Below the pieces are notes generated by a model. It searched no databases. It saw only the letters and a list, made by a program, of their open reading frames with translations, and was not told the DNA's origin. This document shows, in pieces, positions 1-9,893 of a stretch of 64,000 nt of DNA. How positions within the stretch are numbered: position 1 is the stretch's first letter; the number at the start of each line of letters is the position of its first letter. The translations under genes and the position numbers were made by a program. The stretch comes from an uncultured Halobacteriales archaeon (GTDB lineage Archaea > Halobacteriota > Halobacteria > Halobacteriales > Hikarchaeaceae), in the NCBI GenBank assembly GCA_964597855.1, contig CAZQZO010000001.1, positions 267,702 through 331,701 on the forward strand, given 5' to 3'.

Positions 1-169
1 ATAATTATGCTGAAAATATATAGAGTCAGACATGTGTCAGACAGAGGGTAAAAGATAAAAAAAATGAAAATGTGGACACTGTGAGGCGATAAATATACTT
101 TACTGTATATATGAGAGTGATCAGAATATTAGGAACCTTTATTAGTTAAGTGGCCTACTTGGTAGACGT

Positions 170-1405
170 ATGTCATCAGGTGACAACATTACAAAGAGAG
201 GGAGCTCCCGAAGGAAATTCCTCGCAATAACATCCACTGCTGCCGCAGCAGGCATAGCCGGCTGTACAGGTAGTGGAGGCAGCGATAGCGGAGGATCCTC
301 CGCTGCTCCTGCTGCATCGAAACCAGAATCAAGTGCACCTGCTCCAGCAGCATCTGCAGGATTACAAGTTGGATCTATTACGATCCCTAGTGATATTGTA
401 GCGGCTGCACAAGCAGAGGGAGAATGTTCCCTATATGGTGCAATGGACGAGCCAGATATGCTCGATCCAATCAAACCAGCGTTCGAAGAAGCCGTTCCTG
501 GTGTAAAACTTACACCATGGGGAGGAGGTTCTTCTGAAATCGCATCTAAACTCATTGCAGAGTTTAAAGCTAACATCGTTAGTTCTGATGTAAGTCTTTA
601 CTCACTCCCAACCGGGCGTGCTGCAGCAAGTGCCGGTGTGTATGTAGAGTATGCAAATGATCACTGGCTCAAACAAGTAGCCAATGATCTTGGATACCCA
701 GCGGGTAGTTGGCAGTCTCCAGAGGCTCCAGCGTACGAATTCCCAGCATATGGGCTTCCATACACCCTACACTACAACACCGACATGATCTCTGAAGGAG
801 ATGTTCCAAGTACATACGAAGAATGGACTGGAGGACAATACACAGGGACAAACGGATTTGTTATGCAAGACCCACGACAACTATCTTCAATCGGATCTCT
901 ATTCGCCACACTATATGGCCTATGGGGAGCAGAAAAGATGGCATCATGGGCAAAAGACTTCATGGCAAACAAACCACAGTTTACCACTGGTAACACTGGT
1001 GCTTACAACGTCTGTGTGTCTGGAGAGAAAGCTCTCTGTAACACATACATCAACGACCTTGTTGGACAAACAGCAGCTGGAGAATCTATCCCACTCAAAC
1101 TCAAGTGGATCGACCCAGCATTGTCCTCAATGGTTCCACTCCACATGACAGCTGGCGCTCCTCATCCAAATGCAGGAGAAGCTTTCTGTGCATGGATGAT
1201 GTCCGAAGACGGTCAAGAGAAAATTGCAGATACAGGTCGTACACCGGCCCACGGACCATCCGCTGCAACACATGCAGACTTTGCTGCATTTATCCCATCC
1301 GACCAGGTTATTTTACCATACGCGTACAACAACCCAGTCTACGGTGGAAAGACATACATTCAAGAGCCAGCAGCATTCCTGCCACTCTTTGAAGAACTCT
1401 TCTGA
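170..1405 (+). CDS. ABC transporter substrate-binding lipoprotein (family-1 solute-binding protein, Fe3+/thiamine-like) with Tat signal and lipobox
   Basis: 411-aa ORF. The N-terminus SRRKFLAITSTAAAAGIAGC has a twin-arginine motif, a hydrophobic region and a lipobox Cys, followed by a Ser/Gly/Ala-rich linker. The remainder resembles periplasmic binding proteins. The substrate is not determinable by eye. Confidence 0.7.
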   Translation: MSSGDNITKRGSSRRKFLAITSTAAAAGIAGCTGSGGSDSGGSSAAPAASKPESSAPAPAASAGLQVGSITIPSDIVAAAQAEGECSLYGAMDEPDMLDPIKPAFEEAVPGVKLTPWGGGSSEIASKLIAEFKANIVSSDVSLYSLPTGRAAASAGVYVEYANDHWLKQVANDLGYPAGSWQSPEAPAYEFPAYGLPYTLHYNTDMISEGDVPSTYEEWTGGQYTGTNGFVMQDPRQLSSIGSLFATLYGLWGAEKMASWAKDFMANKPQFTTGNTGAYNVCVSGEKALCNTYINDLVGQTAAGESIPLKLKWIDPALSSMVPLHMTAGAPHPNAGEAFCAWMMSEDGQEKIADTGRTPAHGPSAATHADFAAFIPSDQVILPYAYNNPVYGGKTYIQEPAAFLPLFEELF

Positions 1406-1410
1406 GTTAC

Positions 1411-1433
1411 GAGCGAAACCCGCTCATTTTTTT
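1411..1433 (+). terminator. Hairpin plus oligo-T tract downstream of the binding-protein gene
   Basis: GAGCG-aaacc-CGCTC stem-loop at 1411-1425, followed by a T7 run at 1427-1433, a few nt after the stop codon. Oligo-T is the usual archaeal termination signal. Confidence 0.45.
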
Positions 1434-1479
1434 CTTTCCTAATAAGAGAGTAACAACTATTTTTACTGTTGATTAAAAA

Positions 1480-1553
1480 TGCCGGTTCGCAGATTTGAAC
1501 TACGGACGGCTCGATCTTCAGTCGAGTGCTCTCCCAGGCTGAGCTAAACCGGC
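1480..1553 (-). tRNA. tRNA-Phe (anticodon GAA)
   Basis: The reverse complement GCCGGTTTAGCTCAGCCTGGGAGAGCACTCGACTGAAGATCGAGCCGTCCGTAGTTCAAATCTGCGAACCGGCA folds as a cloverleaf. It has a 7-bp acceptor stem, anticodon loop CTGAAGA and T-loop TTCAAAT. No CCA is encoded. Confidence 0.93.
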
Positions 1554-1810
1554 TTAGTGTTGAATGGGGAGAGAGCAAGAAAAAGGATTTCGAACTTTAA
1601 AAAGAGCTAACTAAAGGGGGATTATTAAAAGAGTGGCATAATATGAGGGAGGATCATGACAAAACTCCGCCAAACCACTCAAGTGGACATGGCCCAATCT
1701 GTCCGGGGAGAGGAAGATTGCGTAGCCGTATCCAAATGAACTCAGATTGTCTGCAAATATATAACTAGCTGTTATTGAAGGGTTGTTGAGAAATAGAGGG
1801 ATTGGAAGGG

Positions 1811-3070
1811 TTATTCAAAAGGCATGCTTTTAAGGATATCACGTTTTTCGATTGCAGTGACTGCCTTGACTAGATCTTCTTGATTTAGAACGGTTCTATC
1901 TTCACTCAAGGCTTCTAGTACGGCTTCTCGTAAAACGAGTCGGATATCACTACCGGAAAGCCCCTCTGTCAAATCTGCGAGAGCAGATGGTTCGAAATTT
2001 TCGATTGCCATGTATTTTGTTGTGACTTCAAATATTTTCTCTCGCATGTTGACGTCTGGAAGGGGAAAATGGATTATGTCGTCGAACCTCCTCCAAGCCG
2101 CAGTGTCAAGTTGATCAGGATGATTTGTAGCCCCGATAAGAAGGACTTCGTCTCGAACGAGACTTATTTCATCTATGCTTTTGAGTAATGTATTTACAGC
2201 ACGTTTTAATGCTGCGTGTTCATCAGATCTTCGGGTTTTTGCGACTGAATCGAACTCATCTACAAATAAAATACAAGGGGATAGACGTTTGGCGACTTCA
2301 AATGTTCGATCGATGTTTTTCGAAGTTTCGCCCAAGTATTGGCTTGTCATCATGGAGAGTTTTACTTCTACAAAAGGTAAACTAAGAGAATGTGCCAAGG
2401 CACGGGCGACAGAAGTTTTTCCAGTTCCAGGAGGGCCTATGAATAATAATTTTCCGACCTCCCTAAGCCCGATTTCGGCTAAATATTCACGGTTTTTTAT
2501 AGCTAAGCGTATTTTTTCAAGTTCATCTGTTTGATTGGTTGTCAATACTAAATCGGGAAGTGTCGTTTCTATTTCTTCTGGTGCTTTTATATCGACTAAA
2601 TCTAGCATTTCTTGATCATCTTCAGTAAAATACTCAGATAGAAGGCTATCTATCCAGAAACGATCTGCTTGGATCGGTCTGTTCGATGTATTAGAGTCCT
2701 CGTAGGAGATATCTAGAGAATCATTTTCTTGAAAGACATATGCTAATGTGGGATTGGTGAGAATGAGATCTGGTGTGGTATTTTTTAAGAACCATTTTTC
2801 TGCAAGATCAAGTTGGGTTAAGCTCATTTCACTACTAAAATTATCTTTTTCGGTGAACATCAAATCGCTAATAGAATCCCACGGGGATTCGACTCCTGTT
2901 GCTTTTTTTGCCATATTTTCATTTACAGACAGTGGGCGTTTTATTTCACCTTTTTTATCAAATGCTTTCCTGATTTGAGGGGGTAAGTCATCAGGGGTCA
3001 AATTTGATAATTTGGTGTAGTGTTTTGCGGTCAGTAATAGCTCAACAATGGCGATGGTGCTATCATTCAT
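1811..3070 (-). CDS. AAA+ ATPase (classic AAA clade, single ATPase module) with an unassigned ~190-aa N-terminal domain
   Basis: Walker A GPPGTGKT, Walker B ILFVDEFD, and second region of homology ATNHPDQLDTAAWRRFD. The longest ORF begins at a TTG (3091); an ATG at 3070 (MNDSTIA...) is the more likely start. Confidence 0.8.
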   Translation of the reverse strand: MNDSTIAIVELLLTAKHYTKLSNLTPDDLPPQIRKAFDKKGEIKRPLSVNENMAKKATGVESPWDSISDLMFTEKDNFSSEMSLTQLDLAEKWFLKNTTPDLILTNPTLAYVFQENDSLDISYEDSNTSNRPIQADRFWIDSLLSEYFTEDDQEMLDLVDIKAPEEIETTLPDLVLTTNQTDELEKIRLAIKNREYLAEIGLREVGKLLFIGPPGTGKTSVARALAHSLSLPFVEVKLSMMTSQYLGETSKNIDRTFEVAKRLSPCILFVDEFDSVAKTRRSDEHAALKRAVNTLLKSIDEISLVRDEVLLIGATNHPDQLDTAAWRRFDDIIHFPLPDVNMREKIFEVTTKYMAIENFEPSALADLTEGLSGSDIRLVLREAVLEALSEDRTVLNQEDLVKAVTAIEKRDILKSMPFE

Positions 3071-3169
3071 TCTCCAGGAAGTAGTATTCAAGGGCTGATA
3101 AGTACATCGAGATTGGCGTAGTAAAAAGGGGAGATGTTTATGTTCAGAGAATCTATTTAAACTAGTGTA

Positions 3170-4318
3170 ATGAGTACTAAAATCAAGCCAGTTGTCGTTG
3201 CGGCCATGAGAACTCCACAGGGAAAGAGAAATGGCATGTTTTCAAGTACGAGGGCGGAAGATCTGTCTATCGAGATCATAAATAAGGTCCTCCAAACAAC
3301 AGAAGTTGAACCAAAAGAAATTGATGACCTCATATGGGGATGCGCACTGCAACGGGGGGAGCAAGATAATAATATAGCTAGAATTATTGGGTTAATGTCT
3401 TCATTGGGGGAAAGCGTGCCTGCGACTACAGTTAACAGGTGGTGTGCGTCGTCTATGCAAGCCATAATGACAGGTAGTGATGCAATTAGTGCAGGTCAGA
3501 GAGATTGTGTGATTGCAGGAGGGGTAGAACATATGACCCGAGTTCCCATGGATGAAGCTTCTTCATTTACTAAAATACATCCAGAATTTATGCAAAAATA
3601 CAATATATTTGAATTGCAAATGGGCATGACTGCAGAAGCTGTCGCAGGGGAATTTAACATTTCGAGAATGGATCAAGATTTGTATGCACTTAGAAGTCAT
3701 GAAAGAGCAGATTCTGCGACGAAAAGTGGTAAATTAAAAGAAGAAATTGTCCCGATAGAAGTGGAAGGTGAAATAAAAGATGAGGATGAGGGAATTCGAG
3801 AAAATACATCTATAGAAAAGCTCGAGGGATTGCAGCCAGTATTCAGAGGGGATGGGACGGTTACAGCAGGTAATTCTTCTCAGATTTCAGATGGCGCTGC
3901 GGTGGTGATGATAACGAGTGAGAGTTTTGCAAAGGAGAGGGGTTTAGAAATATTGGCAGCAATAAATGGCCATACTGTTGCGGGGGTGGATCCACGTTTG
4001 ATGGGGGTGGGGCCCATCCCAGCCACACAAAAATTACTGTCCCGTGTTGACAAACAAATTGGAGATATCGATCTAGTTGAATTGAATGAGGCATTTGCAT
4101 CCCAATGTCTACACTGCCAGCGTGAATTAAAAATACCAGAGGAAAAATTCAATGTAAATGGAGGGGCCATAGCAATTGGCCATCCATTGGGAGCGAGTGG
4201 TGCTAGATTGCCAGTATCACTGATTCACGAAATGAATAGGAGAGATGTAAAGAGGGGATTGGCGACTATGTGTGTAGGGTTAGGACAAGGGGCTGCCATG
4301 ATATTTGATAGAGATTAG
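3170..4318 (+). CDS. Acetyl-CoA C-acetyltransferase / 3-ketoacyl-CoA thiolase
   Basis: 382 aa. Thiolase signatures are present: active-site Cys context NRWCASSMQA, NEAFASQ, GGAIAIGHPLGASGARL and the C-terminal CVGLGQG. Confidence 0.9.
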   Translation: MSTKIKPVVVAAMRTPQGKRNGMFSSTRAEDLSIEIINKVLQTTEVEPKEIDDLIWGCALQRGEQDNNIARIIGLMSSLGESVPATTVNRWCASSMQAIMTGSDAISAGQRDCVIAGGVEHMTRVPMDEASSFTKIHPEFMQKYNIFELQMGMTAEAVAGEFNISRMDQDLYALRSHERADSATKSGKLKEEIVPIEVEGEIKDEDEGIRENTSIEKLEGLQPVFRGDGTVTAGNSSQISDGAAVVMITSESFAKERGLEILAAINGHTVAGVDPRLMGVGPIPATQKLLSRVDKQIGDIDLVELNEAFASQCLHCQRELKIPEEKFNVNGGAIAIGHPLGASGARLPVSLIHEMNRRDVKRGLATMCVGLGQGAAMIFDRD

Positions 4319-4321
4319 ATA

Positions 4322-5989
4322 ATGGAAGGGAATAGACTCATTGCGACGAAGAAAATAATTGTTGTTTCGAGACAAGGATGTGAGAATCAAGTTGAAAATA
4401 TAAAACAGTGGGCTTCTAAAAAAGGCATTGAGTTTTTGGCAGTTCAAACTGGAGAAAATATTGATGAGAACGATGGTGAATGGGAAGGGAGAACTATCGG
4501 GATTACTATCGGGGGGGATGGGACATTTCTAGAGGGGGTAAGGATATTTTCACCTAGAAAAATTCCATTTATTGGTGTGGGTTCAGGAACGTTGTCATTT
4601 CTAGCTCGCGTGGAGCCGGAAGAAATTTTTGACGCATTGGAAGAAATTTTCCAAGGAGGGTCACATATTGATGAACTTCAAAGGGTTTCGGTTAAGGTTG
4701 ATTCTTTTGATGCAGAGGGTCTTAATGAAGTTGTCATAGGTCACGTCTGGCCAAAAAAACCAACTGAAAGGAAAATCAGTTCAATTGATGTGTTTGTAGG
4801 AGAAGAACATATAGGAAAATATGATGGCACAGGCATTGCAGTGACAACTCCCACGGGGTCTACAGGGCTTTCTCTGTCGGCGGGTGGGCCAATACATTAT
4901 CCTATGTTAAATGAAACGATTCAGTTGACACCACTACACACACATAATATAGGAGTACGCCCGTTGGTTTTTGGGGCAGGGACAGAGCTCAAAATAATAC
5001 CAGATACTGAAGTTTATGTGTTGGTTGATGGTGGGAGGGCTACAAATTTACTTAAGACCAAAAAAGTGATCACTATTACCGGTTCAAAAATGCCAGCATA
5101 TCTCATTAAGACATCTCAAAGTAGAGGATTTTTTGATAGATTGGGAACAAATTTGGGATGGGGAATTGGGGGGCAAGAGGGGGAAGCGAATCAAAAAAAT
5201 GAATATGGGGAAAAAACATTTGAAGAGGTTGCTTTGGAACTAGCTAGAAACGCTGCATTGGGTGCAGGGGACGTTCTTAGAGAATTGCACCGGAAAGAAG
5301 AGATAGAGATATTTGAAAATCCAAAAGGAGGGAAGGTAACAGAGGCAGATTATCTTTCTGAAAATATAATCACATCCTTAATTCGAAATAAATTTCCAGA
5401 TCACGATATTATATCGGAAGAAACTGTTTGGGAAGATAATAATTCAAAGTATAGGTGGGTAATAGATCCATTGGATGGGACTGGGAATTTCATACACAAA
5501 AATCCCAATTATTCTGTTTCTGTTGCTTTGTTGGAAGAAAATGATCCGTTGGTCGGGGTCATTTACATTCCAGAAATTGATCAGTTGTATTCTGCCGTGA
5601 GAGGGGGAAATGCAATGGTTAATGGAAATGTTATTAAAACGACGAATAGAGAGGAAATTCAAGAAAGTATGTTGATAACAGGTCACGATCCAAAAGGAGA
5701 ATTGTTATCGAGCTTATATCCAGTGGTCAAGGGAGTGAGAAGATATGGTTCTGCTGCGATCAATCTAGCGTACTTGGCGTGTGGGAGTGCAGATGTCGTG
5801 TGGGAGTGGGATACAAATCCATGGGATGTTGCGGCAGGTATCTTGATGGTTAAGTGTGCAGGGGGAAGAGTTACTAAGAAAAATGGGGAAGAATATATAT
5901 TAGATTTTAAAATTGACAACGTCACCGAACTGTTGGCTTCTAACGGTCAACTCCATTCAAATATTTTAGTGGAAATTAATAAAGACTAG
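4322..5989 (+). CDS. Bifunctional NAD kinase (N-terminal) / inositol-monophosphatase-family phosphatase (C-terminal) fusion
   Basis: N-terminal half has NAD kinase motifs IGGDGTFL, NEVVIG and TPTGSTGLSLSAGGPI. C-terminal half has IMPase/SuhB motifs IISEE, WVIDPLDGTGNF and WDVAAG. It is one uninterrupted 555-aa ORF. Confidence 0.85.
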   Translation: MEGNRLIATKKIIVVSRQGCENQVENIKQWASKKGIEFLAVQTGENIDENDGEWEGRTIGITIGGDGTFLEGVRIFSPRKIPFIGVGSGTLSFLARVEPEEIFDALEEIFQGGSHIDELQRVSVKVDSFDAEGLNEVVIGHVWPKKPTERKISSIDVFVGEEHIGKYDGTGIAVTTPTGSTGLSLSAGGPIHYPMLNETIQLTPLHTHNIGVRPLVFGAGTELKIIPDTEVYVLVDGGRATNLLKTKKVITITGSKMPAYLIKTSQSRGFFDRLGTNLGWGIGGQEGEANQKNEYGEKTFEEVALELARNAALGAGDVLRELHRKEEIEIFENPKGGKVTEADYLSENIITSLIRNKFPDHDIISEETVWEDNNSKYRWVIDPLDGTGNFIHKNPNYSVSVALLEENDPLVGVIYIPEIDQLYSAVRGGNAMVNGNVIKTTNREEIQESMLITGHDPKGELLSSLYPVVKGVRRYGSAAINLAYLACGSADVVWEWDTNPWDVAAGILMVKCAGGRVTKKNGEEYILDFKIDNVTELLASNGQLHSNILVEINKD

Positions 5990-7845
5990 TCGTGGGGGTG
6001 GAAAAGTTTTATTGCTGTTTTTACATCTTCTTTTCGTCCGAGAAGTGTAATGTGATCTCCACGTTCTAGGGTAAAATCTCCATGGGGAATGAGATCTTCA
6101 CTATCACGTCTGATGAGTGCTATTAGACAGCTAGAAGGTAGAGTGGAAGCAATGGAACTGACTGTTTTTCCGGTGAATTGGGAAGATGTTAATATTATTT
6201 CTTGTACATCTCCTGTGCGGCTTAGTTCGGTCATCCATGCGTTTAATGCGGGTCGCTCGATTATGTTGTCTATTGCAAGTGCAGTGGCGTGGGAGGATGA
6301 AACTGCTATTACACCCATATCTTCAAATTGGGGTACGTTATCAGGATTATTAACTCTAGAAAAGATTGTATCAATGCCAAATTCATTTTTGGCTAATTGA
6401 GATATCAGAAGGTTTGCCCCATCATCTCCTGTGGCCGCAATGAGTATTTTTGCATTGTTTGCTTTGGCTTTTTCTAGGGTCTTTATACGAGTCCCATCTC
6501 CAAGTACTGCGGAAAAGCCGCCAGAGGATAGTGATTCAATCTGAGCTTCGTCTTGTTCTATAATCAAAATACTCTCACCACGGTCAGATAGGCGGGAAGA
6601 AAGGGAACGGCCTACTCTCCCACCTCCAATGATTATTACACGCATGGGTATCACATCTAAATATTCTGCTATATATCTAGAAAAGCCGGCTTCTAATGAA
6701 ACTGTTGTGAAAATGACTAGGAACACGGTTCCAACTACTACACTTGCTTCACGGATGAGGCCCAGAGATTGGAGATGTATAGCAAATAACATAGATATTG
6801 ATGCGGGAATGATTCCACGAGGAGCCACCGCCATCATAAATATTTTTTCAGCCAAAGTGAATCGATTTCCAGTTATTGAAAGGTAAACAGATAGAGATCG
6901 AACAAAGACCATGATGAGGACCACAACCAATACTCCAGAAATGCCTAGGGACAATAGAATTTGTAGGTCGAGCAAAGCTGCCAGGATTATAAAAATAAAA
7001 GAAAGAACTAACAAAGTTATATCTCCTTTAAACTCAGAAATTTCACGTTCGTAGGAGATCGAAGAATTTCCTATCATAATCCCCGCAGTTGCTGCTGCGA
7101 CTATCCCAGATTCGGGAGTGATGTAATTTGAAATTGCAAACGAAGCGATTGCAACCATTAAAACCAATAATCGGGTTAGTTGAGGGGCATTTGAAGGGGG
7201 AATGAGAGATAATTTGAGGAAATTTAATAAAGCAAGTGCAGTTAAAATACCAACCAAGAGCCCAACCCCAAGTTTAAGAATGAAAATTGGGAAAAGATCG
7301 AAAATAGAACTTGTATTCATCAATATTGCTTCAAAAAAGACAATAGCCAAAATTGCAGCAGTAACATCGTTTACTATCCCTTCTGTTTCTAGGATTGTAG
7401 CGACCCGTTGCCGTACAGGGACCACTTTTAAAATTGGCATGATGACAGTTGGACCAGTGGCGATCAACAAAGAACCAACAAGTAAAGAAACCATCCAGTT
7501 TACATGGAGTAAATAATGCACGAGTGCGGCAGTTCCAATTAATGAAACGGCTGCTCCGATCGTTAGAAGCCTTGCCGTCTCTGTGGGAACTTTAAGGAGT
7601 TTTTTTATTCGGATATGGAATGCGCCTTCAAAGATAATTATTGCCACAGATATCCCCACGATATCATTTAAAGCATTCCCAAAGGATAGTGGATTGAGGA
7701 GGCCAATTCCATAGGGGCCGAGTAGGACACCGAAAGTTAATAGAAAAACTACACTAGGTATTGAAAATCTAGCCGCGATGAGTTGGGCTATCACTCCTGC
7801 GATGATTATAACTGCAAATATGGTAATTAGGTTTGACTCGATCAT
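5986..7845 (-). CDS. Cation:proton antiporter (CPA1/NhaP-like) with C-terminal TrkA-N/TrkA-C (RCK) regulatory domains
   Basis: About 400 aa of polytopic membrane domain, followed by the Rossmann motif IIIGGGRVGRSL and a TrkA-C-like tail. It overlaps the upstream gene end by 4 nt. Confidence 0.8.
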   Translation of the reverse strand: MIESNLITIFAVIIIAGVIAQLIAARFSIPSVVFLLTFGVLLGPYGIGLLNPLSFGNALNDIVGISVAIIIFEGAFHIRIKKLLKVPTETARLLTIGAAVSLIGTAALVHYLLHVNWMVSLLVGSLLIATGPTVIMPILKVVPVRQRVATILETEGIVNDVTAAILAIVFFEAILMNTSSIFDLFPIFILKLGVGLLVGILTALALLNFLKLSLIPPSNAPQLTRLLVLMVAIASFAISNYITPESGIVAAATAGIMIGNSSISYEREISEFKGDITLLVLSFIFIILAALLDLQILLSLGISGVLVVVLIMVFVRSLSVYLSITGNRFTLAEKIFMMAVAPRGIIPASISMLFAIHLQSLGLIREASVVVGTVFLVIFTTVSLEAGFSRYIAEYLDVIPMRVIIIGGGRVGRSLSSRLSDRGESILIIEQDEAQIESLSSGGFSAVLGDGTRIKTLEKAKANNAKILIAATGDDGANLLISQLAKNEFGIDTIFSRVNNPDNVPQFEDMGVIAVSSSHATALAIDNIIERPALNAWMTELSRTGDVQEIILTSSQFTGKTVSSIASTLPSSCLIALIRRDSEDLIPHGDFTLERGDHITLLGRKEDVKTAIKLFHPHD

Positions 7846-7888
7846 ATTAAATTGGGAAGGTGAAAGTGTGGAAAATTGAAGTCACTAT

Positions 7889-9796
7889 TCAAGAATACAT
7901 ACTTTTAATCTCTTTGGTATATTTATCCAAGATATTTCTCCGTTTCTTTTTGAGAGAGGGAGTTAGTAGATCATTTTCTTCTGTGAATTCCTCGGGAATG
8001 ATACGAAATTGTTTGATTTGTTCGTGGGGTTCAAAATTTAAATTAATTTCATCTATGATTTTGGAAAAATGATCGATTGTTTTTTTATGGGCGCATAAAT
8101 CATTGATATCAAGGGATGGTTCGTTTGCCCAAGATTCCAAAGCTGCGGTGTTTGGGACCAACAATGCGCTAATGAATTTCTTTTCGTCCCCAATAACGAT
8201 GCTTTGTTCTATAAACTCATTTTGGATGAGTGCATCTTCCAAGGGGGTTGGTGCGATGTTTTTCCCAGTTGAAAGGACTAATATTTCTTTGATGCGTTCT
8301 AAAAATGTCACATATCCGTCGGATTCTAGTAAAACCATGTCTCCTGTTTTGAACCAATCGCCATCGAAGGATTCTTTTGTTTCTTTGGGTTTATTCCAAT
8401 ATCCAGAAAAAACACTAGGGCCACGAACGAGAAGTTCCCCAACTTCACCTAAGGTTGAAAATTCAGAATCCTTTCCAGAAGTGGGGTCTATTTTAATTTC
8501 GAGATTTGATAAAGGGGGACCGACAGATCCTATACGTGGTGCATCGGGGTGATTAACAGTAATTACAGGAGAAGTTTCAGATAGACCATATCCTTCCAAA
8601 ACTAAAATTCCGGCTCCATGGTATAGTGCGCATAAATCTTTAGAGAGTTTTCCCCCGCCGCTGATTAAAAATTGGATATTCCCCCCAAGTGCGCTTTTGA
8701 CTTTAGAATAGACAAGTCGATTGGCGATGGCATGTTTAACTGATAAAGCGGGATTTAGATTGGTCGAATGTGCTTTTTGTTTCGCTATTTTAACCGCCCA
8801 ATTAAAGATTCGTAGTTTTACAGAAGATGCAGATGCTTGGTCCCTCATTGCAACATACATTTTTTCATATACACGAGGGACACTGGATCCTGCGGTTGGG
8901 CGGACTTGAAGAAAATCCTCTTTGAGTGTGTCGGGACTCTCGGCATAGGCTATTGTTGCGCCGCTTTGGAGCATTAGGAAATGTCCTGCCATTCGTTCCA
9001 ATATATGTGACAAAGGTAGGAAAGATAGAATTCGTGTAGAACTATCAAGGGTGGGGGCTCCTGGGTTGCTGCTACGAGGGCCAAACCGTAACTGAGAGTA
9101 ATCAACATTAGATTTTATATTCGAATGAGTCAGCATGACTCCTTTTGGATCTCCCGTCGTGCCAGAAGTGTATACCAATGTTGCGAGGTCAGAGGGAGAT
9201 TGTGCGTCGATCCAAGATTGGTATTTAGAATCTTTGAAAGATTTCTTTCCGAGGGAATAGACATCACCAAGGGTGAGAACTTTTTTGGGATGTTTTGAAG
9301 AGAGGGCGTCGATACTGATGATGAATTTAAGAGATTTTGCGCTTTTTGTTTTTAATACTTTTTTAACTAAATCTTCATTTTCTGCTATGATTCCTATAGA
9401 TTTTGAATCAGTAAGTAGATAGTCAATCATAGAGGGAGAAGAATTTGGATAAATGGTAACAGGAACCCCTCCTGCAGATAAAATGGATAGGTCGGATTGT
9501 GCCCACTCCATCCTAGTGTTGGAAAATATTGCGATTTTGCTTCCTTTTCGAAGGCCCAAATCGCGTAACCCGGTCGCTATGTACTGAACAGTTGAATTTA
9601 AAGTCGAGTAGCTTAATGTGGCAAATTCATTGGGTTTTGCAGGGGGGAAAGCGAGTTTTGATAAACTTCTTTCATAAATACCGCCTTTATACATTTGGGC
9701 AGGTAGATCTTCATGTAATTTTGCGCTCTCTGCGAACATTTTTGCTAGTGTCAAATCCCCAAGTAGAGTTCCTTGTCCGATGTCTTTCCAACTCAT
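7889..9796 (-). CDS. Long-chain-fatty-acid--CoA ligase (AMP-forming acyl-CoA synthetase)
   Basis: AMP-binding motif YTSGTTGDPKGV, plus YGLSET and GWFKTGD-like GDWFKTGD motifs. The longest ORF starts at GTG 9817; ATG at 9796 (MSWKDIG...) is preferred. Confidence 0.88.
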   Translation of the reverse strand: MSWKDIGQGTLLGDLTLAKMFAESAKLHEDLPAQMYKGGIYERSLSKLAFPPAKPNEFATLSYSTLNSTVQYIATGLRDLGLRKGSKIAIFSNTRMEWAQSDLSILSAGGVPVTIYPNSSPSMIDYLLTDSKSIGIIAENEDLVKKVLKTKSAKSLKFIISIDALSSKHPKKVLTLGDVYSLGKKSFKDSKYQSWIDAQSPSDLATLVYTSGTTGDPKGVMLTHSNIKSNVDYSQLRFGPRSSNPGAPTLDSSTRILSFLPLSHILERMAGHFLMLQSGATIAYAESPDTLKEDFLQVRPTAGSSVPRVYEKMYVAMRDQASASSVKLRIFNWAVKIAKQKAHSTNLNPALSVKHAIANRLVYSKVKSALGGNIQFLISGGGKLSKDLCALYHGAGILVLEGYGLSETSPVITVNHPDAPRIGSVGPPLSNLEIKIDPTSGKDSEFSTLGEVGELLVRGPSVFSGYWNKPKETKESFDGDWFKTGDMVLLESDGYVTFLERIKEILVLSTGKNIAPTPLEDALIQNEFIEQSIVIGDEKKFISALLVPNTAALESWANEPSLDINDLCAHKKTIDHFSKIIDEINLNFEPHEQIKQFRIIPEEFTEENDLLTPSLKKKRRNILDKYTKEIKSMYS

Positions 9797-9893
9797 GATA
9801 GAAATGTTATGGTTCACGTACCATGAATCTTACCCTAGATTTAAAGGTGTGTGGTGAAAATTACACGTAGGTTTAGCGGTTAATAACATAATA

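Noticed and set aside
142-576. 144-aa minus-strand ORF and many similar long antisense ORFs (e.g. 9902..10414, 16234 region, 21548..21997, 26543..26995, 34427..35101, 35129..35506, 45942..46334, 54855..55376, 56437..56862, 60756..61217, 62615..63001)
   Set aside because: Each lies fully inside a strongly supported conserved gene on the other strand. They have low-complexity or biased composition and no motifs, as expected for shadow ORFs.
1554-1810. Unoccupied 257-bp gap with short ORFs (41 aa from 1643; 27 aa from 1656, preceded by GGAGG)
   Set aside because: The ORFs are too short and have no recognisable motif. I found no convincing ncRNA signature by eye, such as C/D boxes or an SRP/RNase P core. 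It is worth an RNA-seq look but is not reportable as a feature.
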